Below, piece by piece: positions 9,049 to 16,995 of a DNA stretch of 18,947 nt. How positions within the stretch are numbered: the first letter of the stretch is position 1; every line of letters starts with the position of its first letter. The DNA is taken from IMG/VR virus record IMGVR_UViG_2547132415_000019, positions 1 through 18,947 of that record; one strand, 5' to 3'. The notes under the pieces were generated by a model that saw nothing but the letters and a program-made list of their open reading frames with translations, was not told where the DNA came from and did no database searches. Made by a program: the position numbers and the translations under genes. The stretch is from a virus. Its lineage: Duplodnaviria > Heunggongvirae > Uroviricota > Caudoviricetes.

Positions 9049-9282
9049 ATGCGCATTGAAATAATGATCGATAAAGAGCAGAAGATTAGCCAGTCTACCC
9101 TGGACGCTCTGGAGTCCGAGCTTTACCGCAACCTGCAACCCATCTATCCCAAGACCGCTATCCGCATCCGTAAAGGGTCGGCAAACGGCGTTGAGCTGAG
9201 TGGCTTAAAGCTTGATGAAGACAAAAAGCGGGTGATGGAAATTATGCAACAGGTTTGGGAAGACGACAGCTGGCTGCACTAA
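9049..9282 (+). CDS. DinI-family protein (phage Tum/MsgA-like, SOS-associated)
   Basis: 77 aa starting MRIEIMIDKEQKISQSTLDALESELYRNLQ ... EDDSWL, matching the DinI fold pattern (MRIEV...L...EL..R......WE..D.W). GAGGTG upstream of the ATG. Confidence 0.8.
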   Translation: MRIEIMIDKEQKISQSTLDALESELYRNLQPIYPKTAIRIRKGSANGVELSGLKLDEDKKRVMEIMQQVWEDDSWLH

Positions 9283-9400
9283 GGAACGTTCCTGATGTAA
9301 GAACTTGAATCTGACGTCAGCAAGGTTGAACAACGAGAGTAGCGAGGCGTTAGCCATGGGTAAAAAAGACAGTAATCACCAGATTATTTATCGGGGCTAG

Positions 9401-9616
9401 GTGCTGGAACGTTTAACCCTTGGCGACTGGGTCTTCTTTCAACGCCCAAAGGAGTGTGGCGGAGGTTTTTGGTTGGGCCGCATCTATGAAGACTGCTTCT
9501 GGCTTGAGCTGGAATTCCCCGTTTCGCTATATGACGGCCTGGGGTTTTTGATGGAAGTCACTAGGGTAGAGCAGAGAAGTGATGAGGTTGACGCGAATTA
9601 TCCCCTGTTTGATTAA
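9401..9616 (+). CDS. Hypothetical small protein (71 aa, GTG start)
   Basis: ORF only; no recognisable motif. Confidence 0.35.
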   Translation: MLERLTLGDWVFFQRPKECGGGFWLGRIYEDCFWLELEFPVSLYDGLGFLMEVTRVEQRSDEVDANYPLFD

Positions 9617-9664
9617 AAATGTATTAGCTTATAATGGAATACTATTTTTGCAGGTGGGGGCGCA

Positions 9665-10276
9665 ATGGATTTAGTCTTTAAAGTTCTGGCTTCGTTGGGT
9701 GGGGTGTCTTTTGTTGCATCTGGCATATTTGTTTGGATCGGGAAAGTTTATTTAGAAAGATATAAGTCGCGGCTAAACAAAGATATTGCTGAATTTCAAT
9801 CACAACTGAGTGCAACTAATGAAAGAATAAAGGCTAAGTTAGACAATTCTGTTTATGTAACGAAAGCGTATTTTGATAAGGAGTTATCAGCATATAGTCT
9901 CATTTGGAATTCGATGTTTGAAACCAGAGAAAGCGTGCTTAAGCTGAGGCCTGCGCTGGATCATGTTGACCCCAACGAACCATTTGAAGAGAGAAAATTT
10001 AGAAGGTTGAAAGTTTTTTCTGATGCATTTAACACTTTTGTTACAAGTGTTGAATCTAACAAACCGTTCATCTCACCAGAGGTTTATATAATCTTGGACC
10101 GTTTCCGGAAGGAATGCCTTTCAGAGTCAATATCGTTTAAGCATAGCGATCCAGAATTTGACGGGCAAAATTATTGGAAAGAGGCGGAGTTGAACCATAC
10201 AACCATCATCAAGCTTTTTGATGAGACGTGTGATGCAATTCGAGACAGGATGCACACATTAACTGTGGTTACGTAG
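9665..10276 (+). CDS. Single-pass membrane protein with N-terminal TM helix and coiled-coil-like region (cargo; function unknown)
   Basis: 203 aa. Residues about 5-27 are hydrophobic (VLASLGGVSFVASGIFVWIG). AT-rich. G-rich stretch upstream of the ATG. Confidence 0.65.
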   Translation: MDLVFKVLASLGGVSFVASGIFVWIGKVYLERYKSRLNKDIAEFQSQLSATNERIKAKLDNSVYVTKAYFDKELSAYSLIWNSMFETRESVLKLRPALDHVDPNEPFEERKFRRLKVFSDAFNTFVTSVESNKPFISPEVYIILDRFRKECLSESISFKHSDPEFDGQNYWKEAELNHTTIIKLFDETCDAIRDRMHTLTVVT

Positions 10277-10368
10277 GTTTCCAAAAAGTCTCGATGCCCG
10301 CTTTGGAGATTGTGCATGTCTATGCCGCATGAATCCGCATGATCGTTTGAGGATCGTTTTAGCTGAGG

Positions 10369-10392
10369 CCCGCCAGGAGTGGCGGGATTTTG
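10369..10392 (+). terminator. Candidate intrinsic terminator downstream of the membrane-protein gene
   Basis: CCCGCC (10369-10374) / GGCGGG (10381-10386) stem with 6-nt loop, followed by ATTTTG. Confidence 0.35.
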
Positions 10393-10585
10393 CTTATGTC
10401 ATGCAGGCGCATGAAAACCGCTACATAAAGCGGGCAGGCGTGGCGGGGATACGAGCGCGCGCTAACTCTTGGCTTTGTTTCATAATCAAAAATGTGATCA
10501 TTGAGATTATTCTGAATTTTATGTTTGTCTATGAAATATCATTTCGCTTAACATTGTTTGAGTTAGGACTACATGAGAATAAAGA

Positions 10586-11161
10586 ATGCTTTTACCCGTA
10601 AGTGTTACATCGTGTGGCTTGTATCACCCCTACTGGCATTTGGGAGAGCGCAACCCTCATAGCGATGAACTATCAAGGCAGATGATGGATTTTAAGGATG
10701 AAAATAATCGTAATCATCAAAGGGCTATTAACCGTTTTTCTCGATTAGCTATAGATAAGGTTGGGCGGTTAGTAATCAGAGGTGGCGGTGGGCGTTTTGT
10801 TGAGTCTCCTTTTTCGATAGCAGTCGTCCCATCTCACACTGAAGGCAGAATTTCACCGGCTTTGATTGAGGTCGCCGAGCGAATCGTAAATGTTCACCGT
10901 CGGGGCATTGTTGATTGCTGTTTGGAAAGAACACGCACTGTTCCTAGCGCACATCGTGAAGGAGGAGATCGCTCAATTACTGGTCACATGTCTAGTATCA
11001 GAGTTAGGGGTGGTAACCTCATGGGGCGAAATGTGTTACTACTAGATGATGTTAAAACAACAGGCGGTAGTTTGTCTGCGTGTTTTTATTTACTGGAGTC
11101 TGCAGGAGCTGGAGTTATAATGCCATTAGCTCTGCTAGAAACTGCAAACTATGAGGAGTAG
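10586..11161 (+). CDS. Phosphoribosyltransferase (PRTase)-domain protein, ComF-like (start uncertain)
   Basis: C-terminal type I PRTase PRPP-binding signature NVLLLDDVKTTGGSL. 191 aa. Stop overlaps the DprA-like start. AT-rich. Confidence 0.75.
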   Translation: MLLPVSVTSCGLYHPYWHLGERNPHSDELSRQMMDFKDENNRNHQRAINRFSRLAIDKVGRLVIRGGGGRFVESPFSIAVVPSHTEGRISPALIEVAERIVNVHRRGIVDCCLERTRTVPSAHREGGDRSITGHMSSIRVRGGNLMGRNVLLLDDVKTTGGSLSACFYLLESAGAGVIMPLALLETANYEE

Positions 11162-12125
11162 CAAAGTGCACTCAGAAGAATTAAAAAATACACTTGGATT
11201 AGCTATTCAAATCGGGAAGCTAGCATCTGATCAAAGTGTATTGAAATTCTTTGAGCTTATTGATTTTGATGTTATTCGTGATATACGCGACTTAACTGAG
11301 ATGGTTAATAGCCACGGGTTTCTAAAAGATAAAATATCTGAGACTGATTTTCTAATAGCGAATGCTGAATTGGAGAACCACCATGTTAATGGTGTGGAGC
11401 TAATACCATATGGGTCTGAATTCTATCCTCTTAGTTTAGCGTTTACTCCTAATCCACCATCAATTCTCTACATAAAAGGGGATAAAAGTATACTAAAAGA
11501 ATTGCCGGGTGTCGCAATTGTAGGATCCCGTGATACTTCCCCTGCAGGGGAAGAAATAACGAGGCGAATCACTAATCAGATAGTGTCTGCTGGGTATATT
11601 GTTGTAAGTGGGTTAGCAATAGGCACTGATGCGAATGCTCATAAGGCAACGTTACAAGCAAAAGGAAAAACCATTGCTGTCTTGGCGCATGGTCTTGAGG
11701 AGGCTAAGCCGAAGCAAAACAGTCGACTTGCTCAAGAGATTCTGGATAAAGGTGGTGCATGGATTTCTGAGTATCCTATGGGTCGACCGGCCCAGAAACA
11801 ATCATTTGTACAAAGAAATCGGATACAAGTTGGATTATCTGCAGGTTCAATTTTAATCGAGGCTGCGTTAAATAGCGGAACGATAACTCAAGCTGAGTTT
11901 GCAAATAAGGCGAAAAGACCAGTGTTTGCGGTTGTACCTCACCTACCTAATAATCCGCTTAATCTTAATTGTGAGGGAACAGTTGATTTAGTTAAGAGCA
12001 ACATGGCTAGAGCGTTAAAAACAAAACGGGATTATGATGATGTGATTATGATCATAAATGAGTCTCGGGAGTATTTGTTAGAGCTAAAATGGCCAGGGAA
12101 ACAGAGTACATTAGACTTGATTTAA
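11151..12125 (+). CDS. DprA/Smf-like (SLOG superfamily) Rossmann-fold protein (alternative GTG start at 11166)
   Basis: 324 aa. GVAIVGSRDTSPAGEE ... VVSGLAIGTDANAHKATL matches the DprA motif pattern (G.R......G ... SGLA.GID..AH). ATG overlaps the PRTase stop by 11 nt; GAGGAG precedes the GTG at 11166. Confidence 0.8.
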   Translation: MRSSKVHSEELKNTLGLAIQIGKLASDQSVLKFFELIDFDVIRDIRDLTEMVNSHGFLKDKISETDFLIANAELENHHVNGVELIPYGSEFYPLSLAFTPNPPSILYIKGDKSILKELPGVAIVGSRDTSPAGEEITRRITNQIVSAGYIVVSGLAIGTDANAHKATLQAKGKTIAVLAHGLEEAKPKQNSRLAQEILDKGGAWISEYPMGRPAQKQSFVQRNRIQVGLSAGSILIEAALNSGTITQAEFANKAKRPVFAVVPHLPNNPLNLNCEGTVDLVKSNMARALKTKRDYDDVIMIINESREYLLELKWPGKQSTLDLI

Positions 12126-12146
12126 AGCGCCTCTTTTAGAGGCACT
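12126..12146. terminator. Candidate bidirectional terminator between the convergent DprA-like and Q genes
   Basis: GCCTCT (12129-12134) / AGAGGC (12138-12143) hairpin flanked by T/A runs on both sides. Short stem. Confidence 0.35.
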
Positions 12147-12149
12147 TTG

Positions 12150-13178
12150 CTAAATTTGATATCTCTCGAATTTTATAATTTCTTCACCGCTCCAATGATT
12201 AAATTCTTTCATTCTTTTTTGTAATGGTAATAATTCATTTTTCACAAATACCTTACTAGCTTTTTCTACATCCCCAAATCCCCCAACATTATTAGGCATT
12301 ATCCCCATCATCTGTGGCGGAACGCGATGTGCTGCCATCATGTCATCCCGGCTCACGTTCTTGATATTTAGAAACTCATCCTTCGCCGCAACTTCTGACA
12401 AAGGGATGATCTGAAGGCCGTCCTTTTTGCCGTTAGGCGAGTACATAAACAGGTTGCGGAAGTTACCCGGACCTTTGGCACTTTTCATTGCATTGCGGAG
12501 GTTGTTCACGTCCTCCTGGTTCTGCGCAGCATCGGTCATGTACATGATGAAGCCTGCATGACTACCGTTAATGTAATACTTGCGGCGGAACAGCGTGGCG
12601 GACTCATTGAGCAGGGCGGACGGAATGGCAGAAAGATAGCCGGGCAGGCCGTAGATCTCCTGGTTAATGTCCGGTTCCATCAGATGAAAAATGCTGCCTT
12701 TCGTGAACTGATACGGCTGGGTTGTCATACCGTATTGCACAAACCAGTAGGTATCCAGGTCTAACCCGCGTCGGGTGTATTTTGCCAGAGCAGGCTCAAG
12801 GGCGATAACTTCACCGAAGCGGTTCGTGCGTTTCTCCAGGTAGGCGTTACCAAATACCAGATAGTCCTGCACAAAACGTGAAAAAGCCTGCTGGCTGAGC
12901 AGCGGGTGAGGGATGTAGGTACTGGTCAGAATGTTGCATTTTACTGCAATCGGTGAGCTGTGATGCACGGCAGCGCGGAAGGTTCGTGCCAGTCCGTCAA
13001 AGCTGACGGGCGGCTCATACCAGCGGTCCATCTGTACGCATTCCACATAGTCCAGCAGTTCACGGCGGTCCAGAACAGGAACGGGATCGCCAAAGCTGAA
13101 TGCTTCGGCTGAAGTCTGGCTTTTATGCTTGAGCTGATTCGTCGCCGCAGCGCGGTTTTTCTTACTCTTTCCCATCAA
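12150..13178 (-). CDS. Q: Portal protein (P2 gpQ-like)
   Basis: 342 aa. Position and orientation, with its start overlapping the stop of the upstream terminase gene, are as in P2; N-terminal region resembles gpQ as recalled. Confidence 0.85.
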   Translation of the reverse strand: MMGKSKKNRAAATNQLKHKSQTSAEAFSFGDPVPVLDRRELLDYVECVQMDRWYEPPVSFDGLARTFRAAVHHSSPIAVKCNILTSTYIPHPLLSQQAFSRFVQDYLVFGNAYLEKRTNRFGEVIALEPALAKYTRRGLDLDTYWFVQYGMTTQPYQFTKGSIFHLMEPDINQEIYGLPGYLSAIPSALLNESATLFRRKYYINGSHAGFIMYMTDAAQNQEDVNNLRNAMKSAKGPGNFRNLFMYSPNGKKDGLQIIPLSEVAAKDEFLNIKNVSRDDMMAAHRVPPQMMGIMPNNVGGFGDVEKASKVFVKNELLPLQKRMKEFNHWSGEEIIKFERYQI

Positions 13179-14941
13179 AAAATCTCCACAATATTGCTGG
13201 TATTGGCGGATTCGCCCTGCAGCGGTTCGTTAAACAGTGCGTGCATCGTTGCCCAGGCCAGATCGGCGTGGCTGGCTTCTTCGCTGCGGCTGGCTTCATA
13301 GGTCGGGCGGTTGCCGCTGGCGGTGGTGGCGCGACGGATTGCCATGAATGACTGCGCAATGTCGGTGTGCCCGGCGTCAAACTCCAGACGGCGGTGGCTG
13401 ATAATGTCGTAGGCCTTGAGTACCAGGGCGTTTTTAACATTGGGGTTGTAGACAAACTCCCGGACGGCAGGAAAGAACGCTTTCACGTTCTCATAAACCC
13501 CGTGACCAACGCCGGTTGAGTCGATACCGATATAGGTCACGTTGTACTGTTCGGTGAGTTTTTTGATGGCGTCAGCCTGGGCGCGGAAGTCCATCCCGCG
13601 CCACTGGTGACGCTCAAGAATGCGGAACTTACCACCCGGCACGGCTGGCGGAGCCACCACCACGCATCCGGCACTGTCGCCGTTCTGCGTACCTTTTGCC
13701 GGGTCATAACCGATCCACACTTCGCGCCAGCCAAACGGGCGCAGGGCCAGTGCATGAAAGTCGGTCCAGACTTCCCAGCTGTCCACCATGCACGCCTGCA
13801 GTTCGCTGAGCGGGAACACGGACGCGAGATCGTCCACGAACTCGCACATCAGCAGGTTCTGGTATTCGTCCGGGCTGTACTCCATGCGTAGCTGGTCGAG
13901 GTCGAACAGGTTACAGCCGCCGCGCACCGCATCTTCCACGGTGACTATCTGGCGGTATTGCCCGTCTGCGCACAGCAGGCCGGGGGCCAAATTGCTGTGG
14001 GACAGGTCGATGTCCACCTTGTCAGCTTTGTTGCGTCCACGGTTGAACAGCGCACCGGACCAGAACGGATAAGCACTGTGGGTCAGGCTGGATGGCGTGG
14101 AAAAATAGGTTTGTCGCCATTTTTTGTGAATAGCCATCCCGGAAGCCACTTTGCGCAGCTCCTGGAATTTCGGTATCCAGAAATATTCATCCAGATACAG
14201 GTTGCCGTGATAACTCTGGGCCGTGCGGGCATTGGTGCCGAGGAAGTAAAGCGTGGCTCCGTTAGGAAGCACCATCGGATCGCCTTTTAGCTCCACCTCG
14301 ACTTCTTTGGCGAAGTCGATGATGTATTGTTTAAAGACGTGGGCCTGAGCCTTACTGGCAGAAAGGAAAATCTGGTTACGTCCGGTAAGCAGGGCGTCAA
14401 TCAGGGCTTCACGGGCAAAATAGAAGGTCGCGCCGATCTGGCGTGACTTCAGCAGGTTGCGGATGCGGTTGGTTTTTCCGGCTTCCCACCAGTGGCGCTG
14501 GTAGTTGAACATGGAGGAATGGAAGATTTCTTCCAGCTTCTCAATCTGCTCATCGGTGAAAACATTCTTTTCCGGCTGACGGTGTGGGCCTTTATTGCGG
14601 TTGGCGACGTTAGGGTTTAAGTCGGCTTCGTTGCCGCCATTGTTAAACTTGCCGATCCGCGCGTGGCGCTCAGACTGGCGCGCCAGCAGGTCAATCTCTT
14701 TGAAATCTTTCCCTTCTTTGTGCTCCTTCATAATGAGCTGGCAGTAGCGTGCGGCGGTGGTGAGCTGCATCTGATCCAGCGGCCCATAGTCACCCCACTT
14801 GTCGCGTTTTTTCCAGCTGTGAACGGTTGCAACTTTCTCGCCCAGCATTTCAGCAATGCGGGCTACGCGGTATCCCTGAAAGTACAGCAGCATGGCCTGC
14901 CGACGGGGATCGAGATCTGCGGGTGTCAGTGTGGTGTTCAT
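13175..14941 (-). CDS. P: Terminase large (ATPase) subunit (P2 gpP-like)
   Basis: 588 aa, same size class as P2 P; divergent from O; overlaps the Q start (ATGA). Confidence 0.85.
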   Translation of the reverse strand: MNTTLTPADLDPRRQAMLLYFQGYRVARIAEMLGEKVATVHSWKKRDKWGDYGPLDQMQLTTAARYCQLIMKEHKEGKDFKEIDLLARQSERHARIGKFNNGGNEADLNPNVANRNKGPHRQPEKNVFTDEQIEKLEEIFHSSMFNYQRHWWEAGKTNRIRNLLKSRQIGATFYFAREALIDALLTGRNQIFLSASKAQAHVFKQYIIDFAKEVEVELKGDPMVLPNGATLYFLGTNARTAQSYHGNLYLDEYFWIPKFQELRKVASGMAIHKKWRQTYFSTPSSLTHSAYPFWSGALFNRGRNKADKVDIDLSHSNLAPGLLCADGQYRQIVTVEDAVRGGCNLFDLDQLRMEYSPDEYQNLLMCEFVDDLASVFPLSELQACMVDSWEVWTDFHALALRPFGWREVWIGYDPAKGTQNGDSAGCVVVAPPAVPGGKFRILERHQWRGMDFRAQADAIKKLTEQYNVTYIGIDSTGVGHGVYENVKAFFPAVREFVYNPNVKNALVLKAYDIISHRRLEFDAGHTDIAQSFMAIRRATTASGNRPTYEASRSEEASHADLAWATMHALFNEPLQGESANTSNIVEIF

Positions 14942-14987
14942 GGCACAAACCTACAGCCTTGAATGACGGCTTTCCCCGCCTGCGGTT

Positions 14988-15005
14988 TGTGTGGTTGTCG
15001 GTACA
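14988..15005. promoter_or_regulatory. TGT-N12-ACA dyad in the P/O divergent region, candidate Ogr/B-type late-activator binding site
   Basis: TGTGTGGTTGTCGGTACA. This is the element found upstream of P2 late promoters; it lies about 80-95 bp upstream of the O start. Confidence 0.5.
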
Positions 15006-15083
15006 AATACCGCGCATTGTTTCACTGCCCCCATCACCGCAACCATAAGGCTCCAGTAAGTTTTTTCTAACGGAGCACGGCTC

Positions 15084-15917
15084 ATGACAGTGAAAGCAAA
15101 GCGTTTTCGCATCGGGGTGGAAGGTGCCACCACCGACGGACGCGAAATCCAGCGTGAATGGCTGGAACAGATGGCAGCCAGCTACAACCCGGCGGTGTAT
15201 ACCGCGCTGATTAACCTTGAGCACATCAAGTCTTATCTGCCGGACAGCACCTTTAACCGCTACGGCAAGGTGACGGCGCTGTTTGCTGAAGAAATCATGG
15301 AAGGTCCGCTGGCAGGCAAGATGGCGCTGTATGCCGACGTTGAGCCAACGGAGTCCCTGGTGGAGCTGGTGAAAAAAGGCCAGAAATTATTCACCTCTAT
15401 GGAAGTCAGCCCGAAGTTCGCTGATACGGGCAAAGCCTACCTGGTCGGCCTGGCAGCCACTGATGACCCTGCCAGTCTGGGCACTGAAATGCTGACATTC
15501 AGCGCCAGTGCAGCCCATAACCCACTGGCAAACCGCAAGCAGAATCCTGCCAATCTCTTTACCGCTGCAGAGGAAACGGTGATCGAACTGGAAGAAATCC
15601 AGGACGACAAACCGTCCCTGTTTGCCCGTGTCACGGCGCTGTTTACCAAAAAAGAGCAGTCCGATGACGCCCGGTTCTCTGATGTGCATAAGGCCGTGGA
15701 GCTGGTCGCCACTGAGCAGCAGAACCTGAGCGCACGCACCGAAAAATCCCTGTCTGAGCAGGAAGAACGCCTGTCTGAGCTGGAGACTGCCCTGCAGGCA
15801 CAGCAAACCGCCTTTAACGAACTGGTGGACAAGCTGAGTCATGAAGACTGCCGCCAGGACTACCGCCAGCGTGCAACAGGCGGTAACGCCCCCGCTGACA
15901 CTCTGACCAATTGCTGA
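15084..15917 (+). CDS. O: Capsid scaffolding protein (P2 gpO-like)
   Basis: 277 aa; first gene of the rightward late operon; GGAG 8 nt upstream of the ATG. Confidence 0.8.
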   Translation: MTVKAKRFRIGVEGATTDGREIQREWLEQMAASYNPAVYTALINLEHIKSYLPDSTFNRYGKVTALFAEEIMEGPLAGKMALYADVEPTESLVELVKKGQKLFTSMEVSPKFADTGKAYLVGLAATDDPASLGTEMLTFSASAAHNPLANRKQNPANLFTAAEETVIELEEIQDDKPSLFARVTALFTKKEQSDDARFSDVHKAVELVATEQQNLSARTEKSLSEQEERLSELETALQAQQTAFNELVDKLSHEDCRQDYRQRATGGNAPADTLTNC

Positions 15918-15933
15918 TGGAGCACAAAACCCG

Positions 15934-16992
15934 ATGAAGAAGAATACCCGATTTGCTTTTAACGCTTACCTGCAGCAGCTGGCGCGTCTGAACGGTGTGG
16001 CAGTTGAAGAACTGTCCAGCAAGTTCACCGTGGAGCCGTCTGTACAGCAGACGCTGGAAGACCAGATCCAGCAGTCCGCCGCTTTCCTGACGCTGATTAA
16101 CGTCACGCCAGTGACTGAGCAGTCCGGTCAGCTGCTGGGGCTGGGAGTTGGCAGCACCATTGCCGGAACCACTGACACCACCGCGAAAGAGCGTGAACCT
16201 GTCGATCCGACGCTGATGGTCGATGTGGAATACAAATGCGAGCAGACCAACTTTGACACGGTGCTGACCTACGCGAAGCTGGACCTGTGGGCGAAGTTTC
16301 AGGATTTCCAGGTGCGCATCCGTGACGCCATCGTGAAACGTCAGGCACTGGACCGCATCATGATCGGCTTTAACGGCGTGAAGCGTGCGAAAACCTCCAA
16401 CCGTAGCGATAACCCGCTGCTGCAGGATGTGAACAAAGGCTGGCTGCAGAAAATCCGTGAAGATGCACCGGATCACGTCATGGGCAGCACCACCACGGGC
16501 GGTGAAACCACACCGGGTGCGGTGAAAGTCGGGAAAGGTGGCGAATATGCCAACCTGGACGCCGTGGTGATGGATGCCGTCAATGAGCTTATCGATGTGG
16601 TCTACCAGGACGATGACGATCTGGTGGTGATTTGCGGTCGTGAACTGCTGTCTGACAAGTATTTCCCGCTGGTCAACAAAGAGCAGGAAAACAGTGAAAA
16701 ACTGGCTGCCGATATAATCATCAGTCAGAAACGCATGGGTGGCCTGCAGGCCGTGCGTGCGCCGTTCTTCCCGCCGAATGCACTGCTGATCACCCGTCTG
16801 GATAACCTGTCCATCTACTGGCAGGAAGACACCCGCCGCCGCTCAGTTATCGACAACCCGAAACGTGACCGGATTGAAAACTTTGAATCCGTTAACGAAG
16901 CCTATGTGGTTGAGGACTACCGCTGCGCCGCACTGGTGGAAAACATCCAGATTGGCGACTTCAGCGCCGCAGCAGCAGAAACCGGAGCGTAA
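15934..16992 (+). CDS. N: Major capsid protein (P2 gpN-like)
   Basis: 352 aa; position between the scaffold and terminase small subunit genes. Confidence 0.85.
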   Translation: MKKNTRFAFNAYLQQLARLNGVAVEELSSKFTVEPSVQQTLEDQIQQSAAFLTLINVTPVTEQSGQLLGLGVGSTIAGTTDTTAKEREPVDPTLMVDVEYKCEQTNFDTVLTYAKLDLWAKFQDFQVRIRDAIVKRQALDRIMIGFNGVKRAKTSNRSDNPLLQDVNKGWLQKIREDAPDHVMGSTTTGGETTPGAVKVGKGGEYANLDAVVMDAVNELIDVVYQDDDDLVVICGRELLSDKYFPLVNKEQENSEKLAADIIISQKRMGGLQAVRAPFFPPNALLITRLDNLSIYWQEDTRRRSVIDNPKRDRIENFESVNEAYVVEDYRCAALVENIQIGDFSAAAAETGA

Positions 16993-16995
16993 TTC

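Noticed and set aside
9283-9320. Perfect 10-bp palindromes GGAACGTTCC (9283-9292) and CTGACGTCAG (9311-9320) after the DinI-like gene
   Set aside because: Short palindromes of this size are expected by chance many times in 19 kb; no adjacent T-tract to suggest a terminator. Left unassigned.
9342-9349. GCGAGGCG 8-mer resembling part of the P2 cohesive-end sequence
   Set aside because: An 8-mer match is expected by chance at about this frequency, and the flanking bases do not match the cos sequence I recall.
13537-14290. Several 70-110 aa ORFs on the plus strand (13607-13891, 13788-14072, 13958-14290) and one on the minus strand (13537-13755)
   Set aside because: All fall inside the terminase large subunit gene in alternative frames; Pro/Arg/Ser-rich low-complexity translations typical of spurious ORFs.
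15387-16476. Minus-strand ORFs of 131-220 aa (15387-15842, 15437-15832, 15814-16476)
   Set aside because: Antisense to the scaffold and major capsid genes; Arg/Cys/Ser-rich translations with no start signals.
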